Assembly (NCBI GenBank): GCA_964016885.1
Contig: OZ024756.1
Span: 23,188,001-23,252,000 of the forward strand
From: Eledone cirrhosa
Taxonomy: Eukaryota
Reading direction: 5' to 3'
DNA: 64,000 nucleotides
Both the position numbers and the translations under genes were made by a program. Below, in pieces: positions 27,318-40,908 of this stretch; within the stretch, counting starts at the first letter, position 1; every line of letters begins with the position of its first letter. The notes beneath the pieces were generated by a model, which worked only from the letters and a program-made list of their open reading frames with translations, was not told the DNA's origin and did not search any database.

Positions 27318-27429
27318 TAAGTCTCAACAGTAGTAGTAGTAGTAGTAGTAGTAACAGTCGAAGTCACAGTAGTAGTCTCAAGTGGAGTAGTAACAGCAAT
27401 AATAGTTGTAATAGTAGTAACAGCAATAA

Positions 27430-27770
27430 TAATTGTTTCTACTTTTGGCACAAGATCAGCAATTAACCAGCACATTACTGGTACTTTATTTTATCGACCC
27501 CGTAAGGATGAAAGGCAAAGTTAACCTCGGCGGGATTTGAACTCAGTTCGTAAAGGGACGTAACTGTGCTGCAAAGCATGGCGTCTGACCCTCTACCGAT
27601 ACTGCCAATCCACCACCCTTGGATTAACAGCAATAATAATAATAATTGTTTCTACTTTAGGCACAAGGCCAGCAATTACACAGTGCATTACTGGTACTTT
27701 ATTTCATCAACCCCGTAAGAATGAAAGGCAAAGTCAACCTCGGCGAGATTTGAACTCAGATCGTAAAGGG
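27430..27770 (-). mobile_element. Two tandem SINE S1 copies (27430-27620; 27643-27770 truncated)
   Basis: Reverse complement of the S1 consensus; TAACAGCAATAATAAT on both sides of the first copy (TSD-like). Confidence 0.88.
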
Positions 27771-29155
27771 AATGATTTCATTTATTTGCCACAAGGACCG
27801 ACATATAGAGGACAATACAACAGACTGGGACAGTGGGGTTTTACAGAAAAATCGAGTAAACAATATGAATCACAATAACAATGTAACAATAAAATTCAAG
27901 AAAAAAATTCCCCAATAGTGGGGATGACTACCCAGGGTTCGCTCAGGTACCCCACCAATCCTGAACGACCCGACGCTTCGAGAGCAGCCTGGAAGGGCAC
28001 CCCTCTCCTCCTCAAATTTACCCACCTACAGTCGCATGACCAGAATAGGCCCACTCACACGGGCCATTCTCGCCACATTCACCCACCTTTCAGCAAATGT
28101 ACTGGGGGGAAGCACTTCTCTCTCCACCCTCAACTTCCTTTCCAAGTGAAACTTGAAAAAGTTGATGAGGGATTGGCCGAAGAGAAAAGTGTCTGTCTTC
28201 AGTCCTTTCAACCTGGTCCACCATACAACCTCTTTCGCTACTGCCACCAGACAGAGGAAAATTTCCTGCCCTTCCTGGCCAAAAGAAGGCGGTGGGTCGA
28301 TCTTCACTATGGACTCGGCCGATAGCCGGATCCGTTCTACACTCAACAACAGCTGTTCGACATAACTCCACAAGTCAGTAGTGTACGGACACTGGACGAG
28401 TGCGTGCAGAACGGTTTTGTCGCTCTGCGCGCATTTGGGCAGGTCCGTCTGACAGCACTTCCGTGCCTGTAGAGTTTATCTCGAACCGGTAGTGCCCCCC
28501 GGTAGCACTGCCAAGCGAGGGATTTTTTGAAATTATCCATCGTCCCTGGCTCGAAAGTCCTCCGGAACAGACTGGTTAGTTCGACTTCGTCGACTCCCAG
28601 AGCCTCTCCGAGTGCGTCGTCGCACTTTCCCACCACTAATCCTCTATAGAACTCGAAAGTGGAAATTCCACTGACCACATTGCTCGCCTGGTAGAGGGCT
28701 GTGAGTACCTGGCAACATTCCAGATGCCACTCACCCAGTCTTGGTCTCTTCTTGGCCCAGGACTGCAGCTCAGTCAAAGAGACGAGCTGCGGAAAGGCCC
28801 GTCTGACAAACGGCGACCACACCTGTTCACCGTTTAGGCAGAATATCTGGAGATGCCGCAGCCTCAGCGCGTGTCTGCGCATCATTAGCCACGTCATGCC
28901 CAGCCCTCCACGTAGAGGGTGCTGGCAGCAGATGGACCGCCTCACCAGCGGAACCTGACCCCTCCACAAGAATTTGAAGAGGAGCCGCTCCAAGATGGCG
29001 AGGCGCGAACGGGGCAAGGGACGACGGTCAGACGGTAGTAGATAACGGACGCGATGTACGCGTTCGCCACCTCCGCCCGACCTTTCAGTGATAGGTTCCA
29101 CCCAGCCCATTTCTGAGTGAGACTGGCTACCCTGCCCGTCACCTCGTCCCAATTG
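27771..29155 (-). mobile_element. 5'-truncated Tx1/L1-clade LINE (ORF2 C-terminus plus 3'UTR), frameshifted
   Basis: WAGWNLSLKGRAEVAN..; FKFLWRG..HPLRGGLG; LAWQCYRGALPVRDKL..TCP (zf-RVT-like); GC-rich. Confidence 0.85.
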
Positions 29156-29405
29156 AAAGGTAAATAAATAAACTTACGGGAGCGAGCAAAAAGACATCCG
29201 TTCAGACTCAATAATAATATTATTATTATTGCATTTATCTTGCTTTATGTTCATACGAATTATCACCAAGTCACAACCAGTGACCTTAAGAAACAACAAA
29301 GTCCGTCCATGTTCAAGAAAGAACATACATACACACAGATGCATCTTTACGTGTCTAGACTTGTGAGGAGTAGTAGCAGTAGTAGTAACAGCAGTAATAT
29401 TAGTA

Positions 29406-29469
<64 letters not shown>

Positions 29470-29697
29470 AGTTGTCGAACTCATTACTACACTCCAGTTT
29501 TCTAATGTTTCTCTAATGTTTAATCATTTGCCTACATTTGTTGAGAAGAAATGACATTAGCGTTTAGAATTTGTTTCTCCTTACAGGTGTATTTCAATTA
29601 ATAAAAAAATAATTAATTTGTTTCAGCCTATACGGAACTGTTGTTCGTACAAGAGACATCTCCGAACAGATTCCTTGTGTCATTATTTTACAATGCC

Positions 29698-30290
29698 TAA
29701 AGGCGGTGGATTGGCAGTATCCATAGAGGGTCTGACGCCATGCTTTACAGCAAAGAGTTACGGCCCTTTATGGTCTGAGTTCAAATCCCGCCGTGGTTAA
29801 CTTTGCCTTTTATCCTTACGGGGTCGATAAAATAAAGTACCAGTAATACACTGGCATAATTGCTGGCCCTGTGCCAAAAGTAGAAACAATTATTTTACAA
29901 TGCCTAAGGCTGTTGGAAGGTAGCGAATTGTTAGAGCAATTAAAACGTCAGATAGAATGCTTTGCGTTCAAATCCCGCCGAGGTTAGCTTTGCTTTCTAT
30001 CCTTACGGGGTCGATGAAATAAAGCACCAGTAATGTACTGGGTCGATTTAATCGACTTGTCCCTCCCCCAACATTGCTGGCCTTGTGCCTAAAATAGAAA
30101 ATTATTTTACAATGCCTAAGGCTTTTGGAAGCGTGGCGAATTGTTAGAGTCGTTAAAACATGAGATTGCTTTGTGGTATTCGTTTCATCTCTCTCCTCTC
30201 AGAGTTCAAATCCTGTCGAGGTCAGCTTTGCCTTTCATCCTTTTGAGGTCGATATAGAAAGCTCCAGTCAAGTACTTGGGTAGATTCTTC
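29698..30290 (+). mobile_element. Three stacked SINE S1 copies
   Basis: Copies at ~29698-29892, ~29910-30105 and ~30125-30290, each preceded by ATTATTTTACAATGCCTAA. Confidence 0.85.
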
Positions 30291-30413
30291 CTCTATATAT
30301 CTTTCTCATCCCCATTCTATTATTCTGTGTGTGTGTGTGTATATGTTTATTGTGAAAGTAATACGACTATTTTTGCACCTGTGTCTTATCTATTCTTGAA
30401 CTATATGTATATA

Positions 30414-30807
30414 CGAGGGTAATCCCAAAAGTAAGGTCTCCAAAGTGATGGGGACGCAGAGAAACTGTTCGTACGGATGTTGGCAACACTGTTGTGATTG
30501 GTGCTTCCTTCACTCCCAAACAAGCATGCGCGCGCTTCGCTGGGATGCTCAATCTTTGCTTGGCAGCCGTTGAGAATGGAGCTCCCGTTAAACGCTACCG
30601 CCAAGTGCGAATTTCGCGCAGTTATTATATACGAGGGCAATCCCAAAAGTAAGGTCTCCTTCCGAGGAAAACATGCGTAAAGATCGGCGGATCACTCTAG
30701 ATGCTCTCTGCATTTTGGTTCCTGAGGTTTCCCGAAGCACCATCCACAGGATTTTAACGGAAAAGTTGCAATATCGGAAGGAGACCTTACTTTTGGGATT
30801 GCCCTCG
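30414..30807 (+). mobile_element. Mariner remnants: left end with transposase N-terminus (30414-30625) plus a 176-bp internally deleted element (30632-30807)
   Basis: TIR TA|CGAGGGYAATCCCAAAAGTAAGGTCTCC twice in direct and once in inverted orientation; MELPLNATAKCEFRAVI and DRRITLDAL..VSRSTIHRILTEKLQYRK (mariner HTH). Confidence 0.9.
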
Positions 30808-30916
30808 TATAATATATATATGTGTGTGTATCTGTGTGTGTGTGTACATATATATATATATACACATGTGTGTGTGAGTAAATATATATGTATAGTTATG
30901 TATACACTTGCACATC

Positions 30917-30977
<61 letters not shown>

Positions 30978-31249
30978 CATACACATATATACACTTGCAT
31001 ATTTGCGTTTCTCACATAGTTCACTCTAATGAAAGGATTACTAACAGATTAATGTATAAATCACTTTAAATCCTAGTCTATTATCATATGAAAGAAGGGT
31101 GCACACGATTGTCATTCCATGTTTCAGGCACATTTCTACCTTATCGGAGAATCACTATGACTGTAAAAATGACTGTGCGCGAGAAATTGAAATTCAAAGT
31201 GTGTGCATGTATATATTGGCAGGGCATATCACTGTGTACATATGTATTG

Positions 31250-31835
31250 CGTGTACGTGTTTGTGTGTACGTGTTTGTGTGTATGTGTTTGTGTGTATGT
31301 GTTTGTGTTTATGCGTTTGTGTGTATGTGTTTGTGTGTACGTGTTTGTGTGTACGTGTTTGTGTGTACGTGTTTCTGTGTACATGTTTGTGTGTACGTGT
31401 TTGAAATTCAAAGTGTGTGTATGTATATATTGGCAGGGCATATCAGTGTGTACATATGTATTGTGTGTACGTGTTTGTGTGTACGTACGTGTTTGTGTGT
31501 ACGTACGTGTTTGTGTGTACGTACGTGTTTGTGTGTACGTGTTTGTGTGTACGTGTTTGTGTGTGAGTACGTGTTTGTGTGTACGTGTTTGTGTGTACGT
31601 GTTTGTGTGTACGTGTTTCTGTGTACGTGTTTCTGTGTACGTGTTTGTGTGTACGTGTTTGTGTGTACGTGTTTGTGTATACGTGTTTGTGTGTACGTGT
31701 TTGTGTGTACGTGTTTGTGTGTACGTGTTTGTGTGTGCGTGTTTGTGTGTGCGTGTTTGTGTGTGCGTGTTTCTGTGTACGTGTTTGTGTGTACGTGTTT
31801 CTGTGTACGTGTTTATGTGTACGTGTTTGTGTGTA
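31250..31835. repeat. 12-bp minisatellite GTGTACGTGTTT
   Basis: Periodic unit, interrupted by a repeated TTGAAATTCAAAGTG..GGCAGGGCATATCA block. Confidence 0.9.
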
Positions 31836-32753
31836 AGTGTGTGTGTGTATATGTTTGAAATTCAAAGTGTGTGTATGTATATTGGCAGGGCATATCAGTG
31901 TATACATATGTATTGTGTGCATGTGTTTGAAATTCAAAGTGTGTGTGTGTATATGTTTGTGGGTCTGTATGTGCAAATTGGCAATGTGCGCGTACGTGGG
32001 TGCGCGTACGTGGGTGCGCGTACGTGGGTGCGCGTACGTGGGTGCACGTACGTGGGTGCGCGTACGTGGGTGCGCGTACGTGTGTGTGTGTGTGTGTATG
32101 TCTCTCTCTCTGTCTATGTATGCGTGTGTTTCTTAGTATGTGTCTGTATGTGTGTGTCTATGTGTGTGTCTATGTGTGTATGTCTCTCTCTCTCTCTCTG
32201 TCTATGTATGCGTGTATTACTATGCATGTCTCACTGTCTCTATCTACCTGTTGCTATGCAATGAAACTAAGCTCCATGTTATATAGCTTATCTATAACAA
32301 TATTCTATAACAATATTCAACTGGGGAAATTCTTCTCTTGGACTTTTACAATTACATTGAATCTATTAACGACGTAACATATCTGGTTTTAAAACACATC
32401 ATCGTATGTAGTGTGAAGTCAACATTCTCACTAGGCTAGATAGGCACCCCACGAATATGTGTGTGTGAGTGAGTGAGTGAGTGAGTGTGAGTGAGTGAGT
32501 GAGTGAGTGAGTGAGTGAGTGTGTCTGTGAGGGGAGGTGCGTATATGTGGGCGCATATGTCTGAGTGCGTTTGTGTGAGTGCGCGTTTGTGAGTACGTGT
32601 GAACGTCTGCGTTTGTGAGTATGTTATTTGTGTGTGTTTGTGTCTGTGTATACATATGATTAGTTGCGTGCGTGCGTGCGTGTGTGTGTGTGTGCGAGCA
32701 CGTTTGAATTTTTTTACAGAAAGAAAACTTGCTCAATGTAATTGTAGATAGAG

Positions 32754-32832
<79 letters not shown>

Positions 32833-32913
32833 GGAAAAAGCTTTTTTCAGTAGGAAATGCTGAAGAGATTCTTTCAGTATAATATCAAAACATTTATTTA
32901 TAAAGTGGATATT

Positions 32914-32967
32914 TCCGCATTTAATAATGGTACCGGTTTCAGCATTATATGCTTTTTCAACTGTGGA
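32914..32967 (-). ncRNA. Degenerate hammerhead, U3/A8 core variant
   Basis: Reverse complement: TCCACAG TTGAAAA AGCAT-ATA-ATGCT GAAA CCGG TA^ C[CATTATTAAA]TGCGGA; stem I interrupted. Confidence 0.45.
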
Positions 32968-33144
32968 TATGGATAATGTAGTTAAGTTGTATATTTATAC
33001 GAATGATAAAAAGGGGAAGAACAATTATTAGTTTTTACATACATATTTAGAGAGGAGAGTTCATATTTCTGTCCGTGTTTGTACTTCGTTTTCTGTTAGT
33101 TGTGCAATTCTATTTTCCAACCTCAAAATACGCAGTTTGTTTTA

Positions 33145-33305
33145 TCATGCTGACGAATTGGCAGAGTCGTTAGAACGACGAATATAATGCTTTGCGGAAT
33201 TCGTTCTGGCTCTCCATTCCCCGAGTTCAAAATCCCACAGAGATCAAGTTTGCCTTTCATCCTTTCAAGGTCGGTAAAAAAAAGTACCAGTCTAGTATGG
33301 GGGAC
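33145..33305 (+). mobile_element. Diverged SINE S1
   Basis: TTGGCAGAGTCGTTAGA..GAGTTCAAAATCC..TTTGCCTTTCATCCTTTC..AAGTACCAG. Confidence 0.75.
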
Positions 33306-33678
33306 GACTCTTCCTATATCTCTTTCTCACTTCCATTCTCTCAAAGAAATCTGCTGTTTTCAGACCTGGAAAGAGATGGGCTCCGCCAGGTTTTAAATGT
33401 CCAAGAAACGCCGTATGCCACTACGGCACCCCCACGACACCATCATACATGTAGAACTTGGAATATATATTTTTTTTAACCAATTATTTTTGCAAGCAAA
33501 CAATTTTTTTTTTTTTTTTACTAAACACTAAACTCCAGAACTCTTGAACCTGTCTATCGACCGAACGACACATTGTCGACAAACTATACACTCATTTGTA
33601 TTAGTTTAGCCAAAACAGATTACATGAGATGTTTGTAAACATTTGTTCCCCCTCGACAGAAGGAAAACATTAGATTAG

Positions 33679-33733
<55 letters not shown>

Positions 33734-34145
33734 TATCAACAGAAGTAATTATTCTGATAATAACCCTAGCATGTATATTCTTGATTTTTATAAAAAGATA
33801 TATTTCATCATATTTTATCCAGATAGAAAACATTTATCATGAGGAATAGTATCACTAATATCAAAATTTCTATTAATAAATATGGATGAGGATTTATGTA
33901 ACATTTAATCTTATGAATCACAGAATAAAACTTTTGATAAATTCATAACAGAATATTTTAACTTTCAACCACTCAGTTTTGTCACGATTTAACCTTCAAC
34001 CAATAAGTTTTATTCACCGCCCGCTAATATATAAATTAATACAACAGTATAGTTTTCATAGAAGCACTGTAAGATATATAAGTGAGAAGTTCATATAGCT
34101 TATACAATGCAAAAGATATATATATATTAAACTAAAGGTCGACTG

Positions 34146-34196
<51 letters not shown>

Positions 34197-34299
34197 GAGA
34201 GAGATAGAGAGAGAACGAGAGAGAGAGAGAACGAGAGAGCGAGAGCGAGAGAGAGAGAGAGAGCGAGAGCGAGAGAGAGCGAGAGAGAGAGCGAGAGAG

Positions 34300-34689
34300 T
34301 AGGATTGGCTGTGTAGTTGCTAGTTAAGGTAGCTTAAAATGAAGTGAGAATAAGAAGAAAGCAAAGAACGGGGGCGGGGGAGTTTTCCTCATCAGTTGTC
34401 TACTCCGCGTCTCGGATATTTCCACGCTTTAAAGACAATATATCTCCCGCCCAGAGCGTTCAATAACTGAGTGAGTTATCGGGAAAACGGAGGAGAGAGA
34501 GGGGAGGAAAATAGAATGGAAAAGGGAAGAAAAGAGAAAACAGCGAAAAAAAACGGCGAAAGAACAATAAACCGAGCAATGTGCGAGCAACTTAAGGTAA
34601 GAAAATCCAAGACCACAGCGATAAGAGAACTTAAGTTCAAGAGCGTGTGGGCCAGCGAAAAGACACGTCTGACCCCAGCGAATGTAAGT
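34300..34689 (+). promoter_or_regulatory. Possible Pol II promoter and non-coding first exon
   Basis: ATTGG at 34304; GGGGCGGGGG at ~34371; CCCGCCC at 34446; CpG-richer unique sequence; donor-like AAG|GTAAGA (~34597) and AAT|GTAAGT (34684). Confidence 0.3.
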
Positions 34690-34696
34690 GAGAAAA

Positions 34697-34735
<39 letters not shown>

Positions 34736-34737
<2 letters not shown>

Positions 34738-34926
34738 AACCAGTAAGACCCCGACAGCTGAGCTCAAGCCGTTACGACGGCTAATTGAGTCCAGAATTAG
34801 CCGTCGAAACGGCTTGAGCTCAGCTGTCGGGGTCTTACTGGTTCCTATTACCCACTCTACTACCCCAAGTATTGAGTACTTTGGTGCGTTATGGTCCACC
34901 TGGTTCCTTACCACATTTCCTTCGTT
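34736..34926 (+). mobile_element. Family A fold-back element
   Basis: Arms turn at GACGGCTAATT-GAGTCCAG-AATTAGCCGTC; TA flanks. Confidence 0.85.
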
Positions 34927-34944
34927 ATATATATATATATATAT

Positions 34945-35645
<701 letters not shown>

Positions 35646-35739
35646 TATATAATATATATCCGTATCTGGTTGACGACTGAGAAAAAAAGAGTGCTCAATA
35701 CCGAAGTAGGGTTTAAATATTCATTTTATTAAGGCTAAA

Positions 35740-36155
35740 TAATTGTTTCTACATTTGGCACAAGGCTAGCAATTATCCCAGTGCGTTACTGGTACTTTTA
35801 TTCTATCGACCCCGTAAGGATGAAAAGCAAAGTTAACCTCGGCGGGATTTAAACTCAGAACGCGAAGGGCCGTAACTCTATGCTGCAAAACGATGTCTGA
35901 CGCTCAACCGGTACTGCCAATCCACCACCCCTTTAAGGCTAAATAATGATTTCTAGTATAGGCACAAGGCCAGTAATTTGGTCGGAGGGGAAGTTGATTA
36001 AATCGACCCCAGTACGTTCCTGGTGCTTTATTTTATCGACCCCGTAAGGATGGAAGGCAAATTTAACCTCGGCGGGATTTGAACTCAGAACCAAAGGGCC
36101 ATAACTCTATGCTGCAAAAGATGGTATCTGACGCTCAACCGAAACTGCCAATCCA
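35740..36155 (-). mobile_element. Two stacked SINE S1 copies
   Basis: AGGCTAAATAAT occurs at ~35732, ~35936 and ~36155. Confidence 0.88.
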
Positions 36156-36252
36156 GGCTAAATAATGAGTCTTGGTACCCTGGAGTTTCGCCTGTTTATC
36201 AAAAGGTCTGATGAAGATATGTTATATCAAACTGGTATTTAAGTCCAACACA

Positions 36253-36434
36253 TACCAGGTATTAATTGGAATGATTACCAGGAATTAATTAAAATGATTA
36301 CCAGGTATTAATGTAAATGATTACCAGGTATTAATGTAAATGATTACCAGGTATTAATTGAAATGATTACCAGGTATTAATTAAAATGATTACCAGGTAT
36401 TAATTAAAATGATTACCAGGTATTAATTGAAATG
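36253..36434. repeat. 23-bp minisatellite, ~8 copies
   Basis: Unit TACCAGGTATTAATTRAAATGAT. Confidence 0.9.
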
Positions 36435-36664
36435 CATACGTCTGATAATGTAATTAAATAATAAATAGTTCTATCATAATATTCAACCCTTTGCAATACA
36501 CTAATAAAGTTGAACATTCTAAATTTATATTTACTCGAGGTTAAAGAAACTTCATTTGATGTAGTAAGATTTATTGAGGTAATGTGTACTGTTTGATAGA
36601 TTATATATTGACATTGGATTTATATACACAATACACATATATACACATACACACACACATATAC

Positions 36665-36700
<36 letters not shown>

Positions 36701-36710
<10 letters not shown>

Positions 36711-36946
36711 CGTAAAATAAGAAAATATCTTTCAAAAAAATTTTTAAAAAATTTTTTACTTACTTACTTTAAGTAAGTAAAAAATTTTTTAAAAATTTTT
36801 TTGAAAGATATTTTCTTATTTTACGTCTTTTATATTATTGTTCTGCACCCTCCTGCATTGAACCACCTAGGTACTATGACATAACCTGTGTATTTGCTGG
36901 CATGGACGTACATCTGTGCGCCTATGTTAGTTGATATATTAAATTA

Positions 36947-36948
<2 letters not shown>
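36701..36948 (+). mobile_element. TA-flanked fold-back element (palindrome 36701-36835 plus ~115 nt tail)
   Basis: 63-bp perfect arms; the right arm has a hairpin followed by GAAAGATATTTT (possible HHR remnant). Confidence 0.65.
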
Positions 36949-36998
<50 letters not shown>

Positions 36999-37589
36999 TC
37001 ATTGCGACCAAAGTCGAACATCCTGACAAAGTCTCTCTCTCCACAATTCATGATTTTCCATTGCTCCTGGTAACTGTTCCTCACTGAAGTTTATATTGTC
37101 TGAGAGTTGATCGATGAAGGGTCGAGCATACCTTCTTCCGTTACTGTGAGTTGGTTTTCCTGAGAGTTGGCTCGCACAATAGTAGCTTTGTGTATAACTT
37201 CCTGCTTACTTCTCCAGCAATATTCTACAAATCGTAACCATATTTTCGTTGGTCTATCGTATCTAGCTTCCTATACACGAAAGATATTCGTAAAAAGATA
37301 TTACATTTAGAGTGGGGAAATAAGAGTAATTTATAATTTAATTATAAAGAGGCGTTGACCGCTAAAACATTCGTAGTTGTCCGCTTCGATTATTTGGATG
37401 GTGAATAATGTTAAATAATTACATATATATTTTATTTAATTACCTTATTCATCCCTGCTACGGTTATTTCTGGTTTTAAAAACAGAGATTAATTAAATAC
37501 GCCATTTTATTATGGAGATAAATGGCCGTGATGAAAACTATAAATAAGATCACTTCAGTTTTTTTTTGTAGATAAATGTGTGTTGTGTG

Positions 37590-37651
<62 letters not shown>

Positions 37652-38197
37652 GCGCGTGTGTTTGTGTGCGCGCGTGTTTGTGTGTGCGCGTGTATGTGTG
37701 TGCGTGTTTGTATGCGTGTGTATGTGTGTGTGTTTGCATGCGTGTGTATGTGTGTGCGTGTTTGCACGTGCGTTTTTGTAGGTGTGAGTATGTGTGAGAG
37801 TATGTGTGAAAGTGAGAGTGTGAGTGTAGGTGTGAATGTATGTGTCAGCGTACGTGTGAGCGTACGTGTGAGCGTACGTGATATATGTGTTTCAGTTTAA
37901 ATGTGTTTTCTTGCTTACAGCCTGAATGTGCGTTGTTTTACGCGAATATATACATGCATCTATATACCCTCATTTTCACACACACACACACATATATATA
38001 CGCACGTATAGACAGACACACGCACACAAATATATATGTACATATATAATAATAAGGGTTGACGGACCCAGCATATTTATCAATGCCAGTACCGGTTGTA
38101 TCTCAGCGTACCCCAGGGGCAATTTAAGATACATTACCAGAGTATACACATAGTTATTTGCCTCAACACAACACACGTTAAACGGGTGCCTATAAGG

Positions 38198-38311
38198 TTC
38201 CCGGACACGAGTTTCTGCAGCACTAATGCAGCAGTAAGGTGCACTGCACCATCTGTCTGCATATATTATGCAACAATGCACAATCGGCTTATGCGGCTTC
38301 ATCAGCGGGTA
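38198..38311 (-). ncRNA. Hammerhead ribozyme with large branched stem II (element 3' end ~38048)
   Basis: Reverse complement: ACCCG CTGATGA [83 nt incl. TGCATA/TATGCA, GGTGC/GCACC] GAAA C-TCGT-G TC^ CGGG. Confidence 0.6.
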
Positions 38312-38699
38312 ACGCCTAATCAATAACCAATCGATCGACATAATCCAAACACCGGCCCGTGCCGGTCATGACTGTTTGTGAAAAACCGACACGGTAAAGC
38401 GATTAACTGGCAACCGATAGGACTCTACCTCTCAACTAGCCACTGATTTATAGATGTTACATGGGGACGGGAAGCTAAAAAGAATCAATCTATTAGTTCC
38501 TGTCAGAACGTCTCAGCCAACGTGTCTCACACACAAATTATCAGGGGTGAAAAGATGGCTATTAGAAATAGCAGCTCACATTGATATAAAATAGAATGGT
38601 AGTATTCGGTTCATATCTCCAAGCCCCATGGCAACAATGTACATATATATATATATATACACACACACATATATATATATATGTGTATGTGTGTATATG

Positions 38700-38761
<62 letters not shown>

Positions 38762-38832
38762 TACGTGTATATATACGTACCTATATATATATATATAATA
38801 TAAGATCAAAAGATGGTTAAAGGAGTTCCATG

Positions 38833-38903
38833 TATTTTATTATGCGCATTTCAAAAACAAACATCATCATGCAATAATATTTGTGTTTTCATCAGATAAA
38901 ACA
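38833..38903 (-). ncRNA. Type-I minimal hammerhead ribozyme (family B)
   Basis: TCATCAG at 38889-38895; identical to 9437-9507. Confidence 0.85.
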
Positions 38904-40837
38904 GGAGAACATGATATGAAGGCTAAAAAACACTTGTGGATAGTGCTGTTTTAAATCAACATATGAAAAGTGGTTTTAGATTGATGTGTGATATTGGGAA
39001 AAATATTTTATTTAGAGAGGGGGGGGGGAAGGATGAAAAAGGGGAGGAGATGAGAGGGAGAGATGGGTGATAGAGAGAAAGAGATAGTTTTTATAACTGA
39101 GAGAAGATATATTGTTTTACATAGAGAGGTTGAAAACCGTTGGAAGATAATGTATAAATTAAAAGAATTTGAAAATTAACGAAGGGAAGATATGTATGAG
39201 GAAAAAATATTTTATTTAGGGAGGGGGAGGGTGGAAAGGATGAAAAAAAGGGGGAGGAGATGAGGGTGAAGGTGGAGAGGGAGAGATGGGTGATAGAGAG
39301 AAAGAGATAGTTTTTATAACTGAGAAAAGATATATTGTTTTACATAGAGAGGTTGAGAACCGTTGGAAGATAATGTATAAATTAAAAGAATTTGAAAATT
39401 AACGAAGGGAATTTATGTATGAAGATAGAGAGAAAAAATAATAATTGTGGATGAATATTCTAACGTCAAAAAAAGTATGTTGATAAGTATTGTGGCAATT
39501 TCAAAATTAACGAAGAGAAAAAATTATTAAGGTTTGTGTGTAGAAGGATTTGAGAAAAATAATGTGAAGTTAAAGTTTGTATATTGAAGGAATTGATATG
39601 TGCGAATAAAGAGTTAATATGTATTAAGAATGAGTTCGTTGATGGGGAGAAAAAAATAATAAATTAAGGATGAAATTGAGATTAAAAAGTTTTATGATAG
39701 AGAGAAAAAATAATAATAATTGCGGATGAATATTCTAACGTCAAAAAAACAAATGTATATGTTATGAAGGATTTTACAAGGTGAAGATAGAAAGAGGGTA
39801 ATGAGTAAACAAGTATTATAGAGTGTATAATGCCCTTTGAAGTAAGGTAGGAAGATGGGTATATTTTAAAGAGGTGTATGTATATGTGCCTTTGAGAAAA
39901 GATTCTAAATTGATAAAGAATTGAATATTAATTACCCTCTTTCTATCTTCACCTTGTAAAATCCTTCATAACATATACATTTGTTTTTTTGACGTCAGAA
40001 TATTCATCCGCAATTATTATTATTTTTTCTCTCTATCATAAAACTTTTTAATTTCAATTTCATCCTTAATTTATTATTTTTTTCTCCCCATCAACGAACT
40101 CATTCTTAATACATATTAACTCTTTATTCGCACATATCAATTCCTTCAATATACAAACTTTAACTTTACATTATTTTTCTCAAATCCTTCTACACACAAA
40201 CCTTAATAATTTTTTCTCTTCGTTAATTTTGAAATTGCCACAATACTTATCAACATACACTTTTTTTGACGTTAGAATATTCATCCACAATTATTATTTT
40301 TTCTCTCTATCTTCATACATAAATTCCCTTCGTTAATTTTCAAATTCTTTTAATTTATACATTATCTTCCAACGGTTCTCAACCTCTCTATGTAAAACAA
40401 TATATCTTTTCTCAGTTATAAAAACTATCTCTTTCTCTCTATCACCCATCTCTCCCTCTCCACCTTCACTCTCATCTCCTCCCCCTTTTTTTCATCCTTT
40501 CCACACCCTCCCCCTCCCTAAATAAAATATTTTTTCCTCATACATATCTTCCCTTCGTTAATTTTCAAATTCTTTTAATTTATACATTATCTTCCAACGG
40601 TTTTCAACCTCTCTATGTAAAACAATATATCTTCTCTCAGTTATAAAAACTATCTCTTTCTCTCTATCACCCATCTCTCCCTCTCATCTCCTCCCCTTTT
40701 TCATCCTCTCCACCCCCCCCCCTCTCTAAATAAAATATTTTTCCCAATATCACACATCAATCTAAAACCACTTTTCATATGTTGATTTAAAACTGCACTA
40801 TCCACAAGTGTTTTTTAGCCTTCATATCATGTTCTCC

Positions 40838-40908
40838 TGTTTTATCTGATGAAAACACAAATATTATTGCATGATGATGTTTGTTTTTGAAATGCGCATA
40901 ATAAAATA
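40838..40908 (+). ncRNA. Type-I minimal hammerhead ribozyme (family B)
   Basis: CTGATGA at 40846; GAAA at 40889; TGCGCA TA^(40900) ATAAAATA. Confidence 0.88.

Noticed and set aside
34385-34400. Minus-strand CTGATGA
   Set aside because: No downstream GAAA, NUH or stem I
36200-36245. CTGATGA-AGATAT..ATATC-AAAC hammerhead candidate
   Set aside because: No GAAA and no stem I complement
39803-40830. Penelope RT or GIY-YIG coding sequence in the long family B element
   Set aside because: No ORF of 60 aa or more and no recognisable motif; the PLE assignment rests on architecture only
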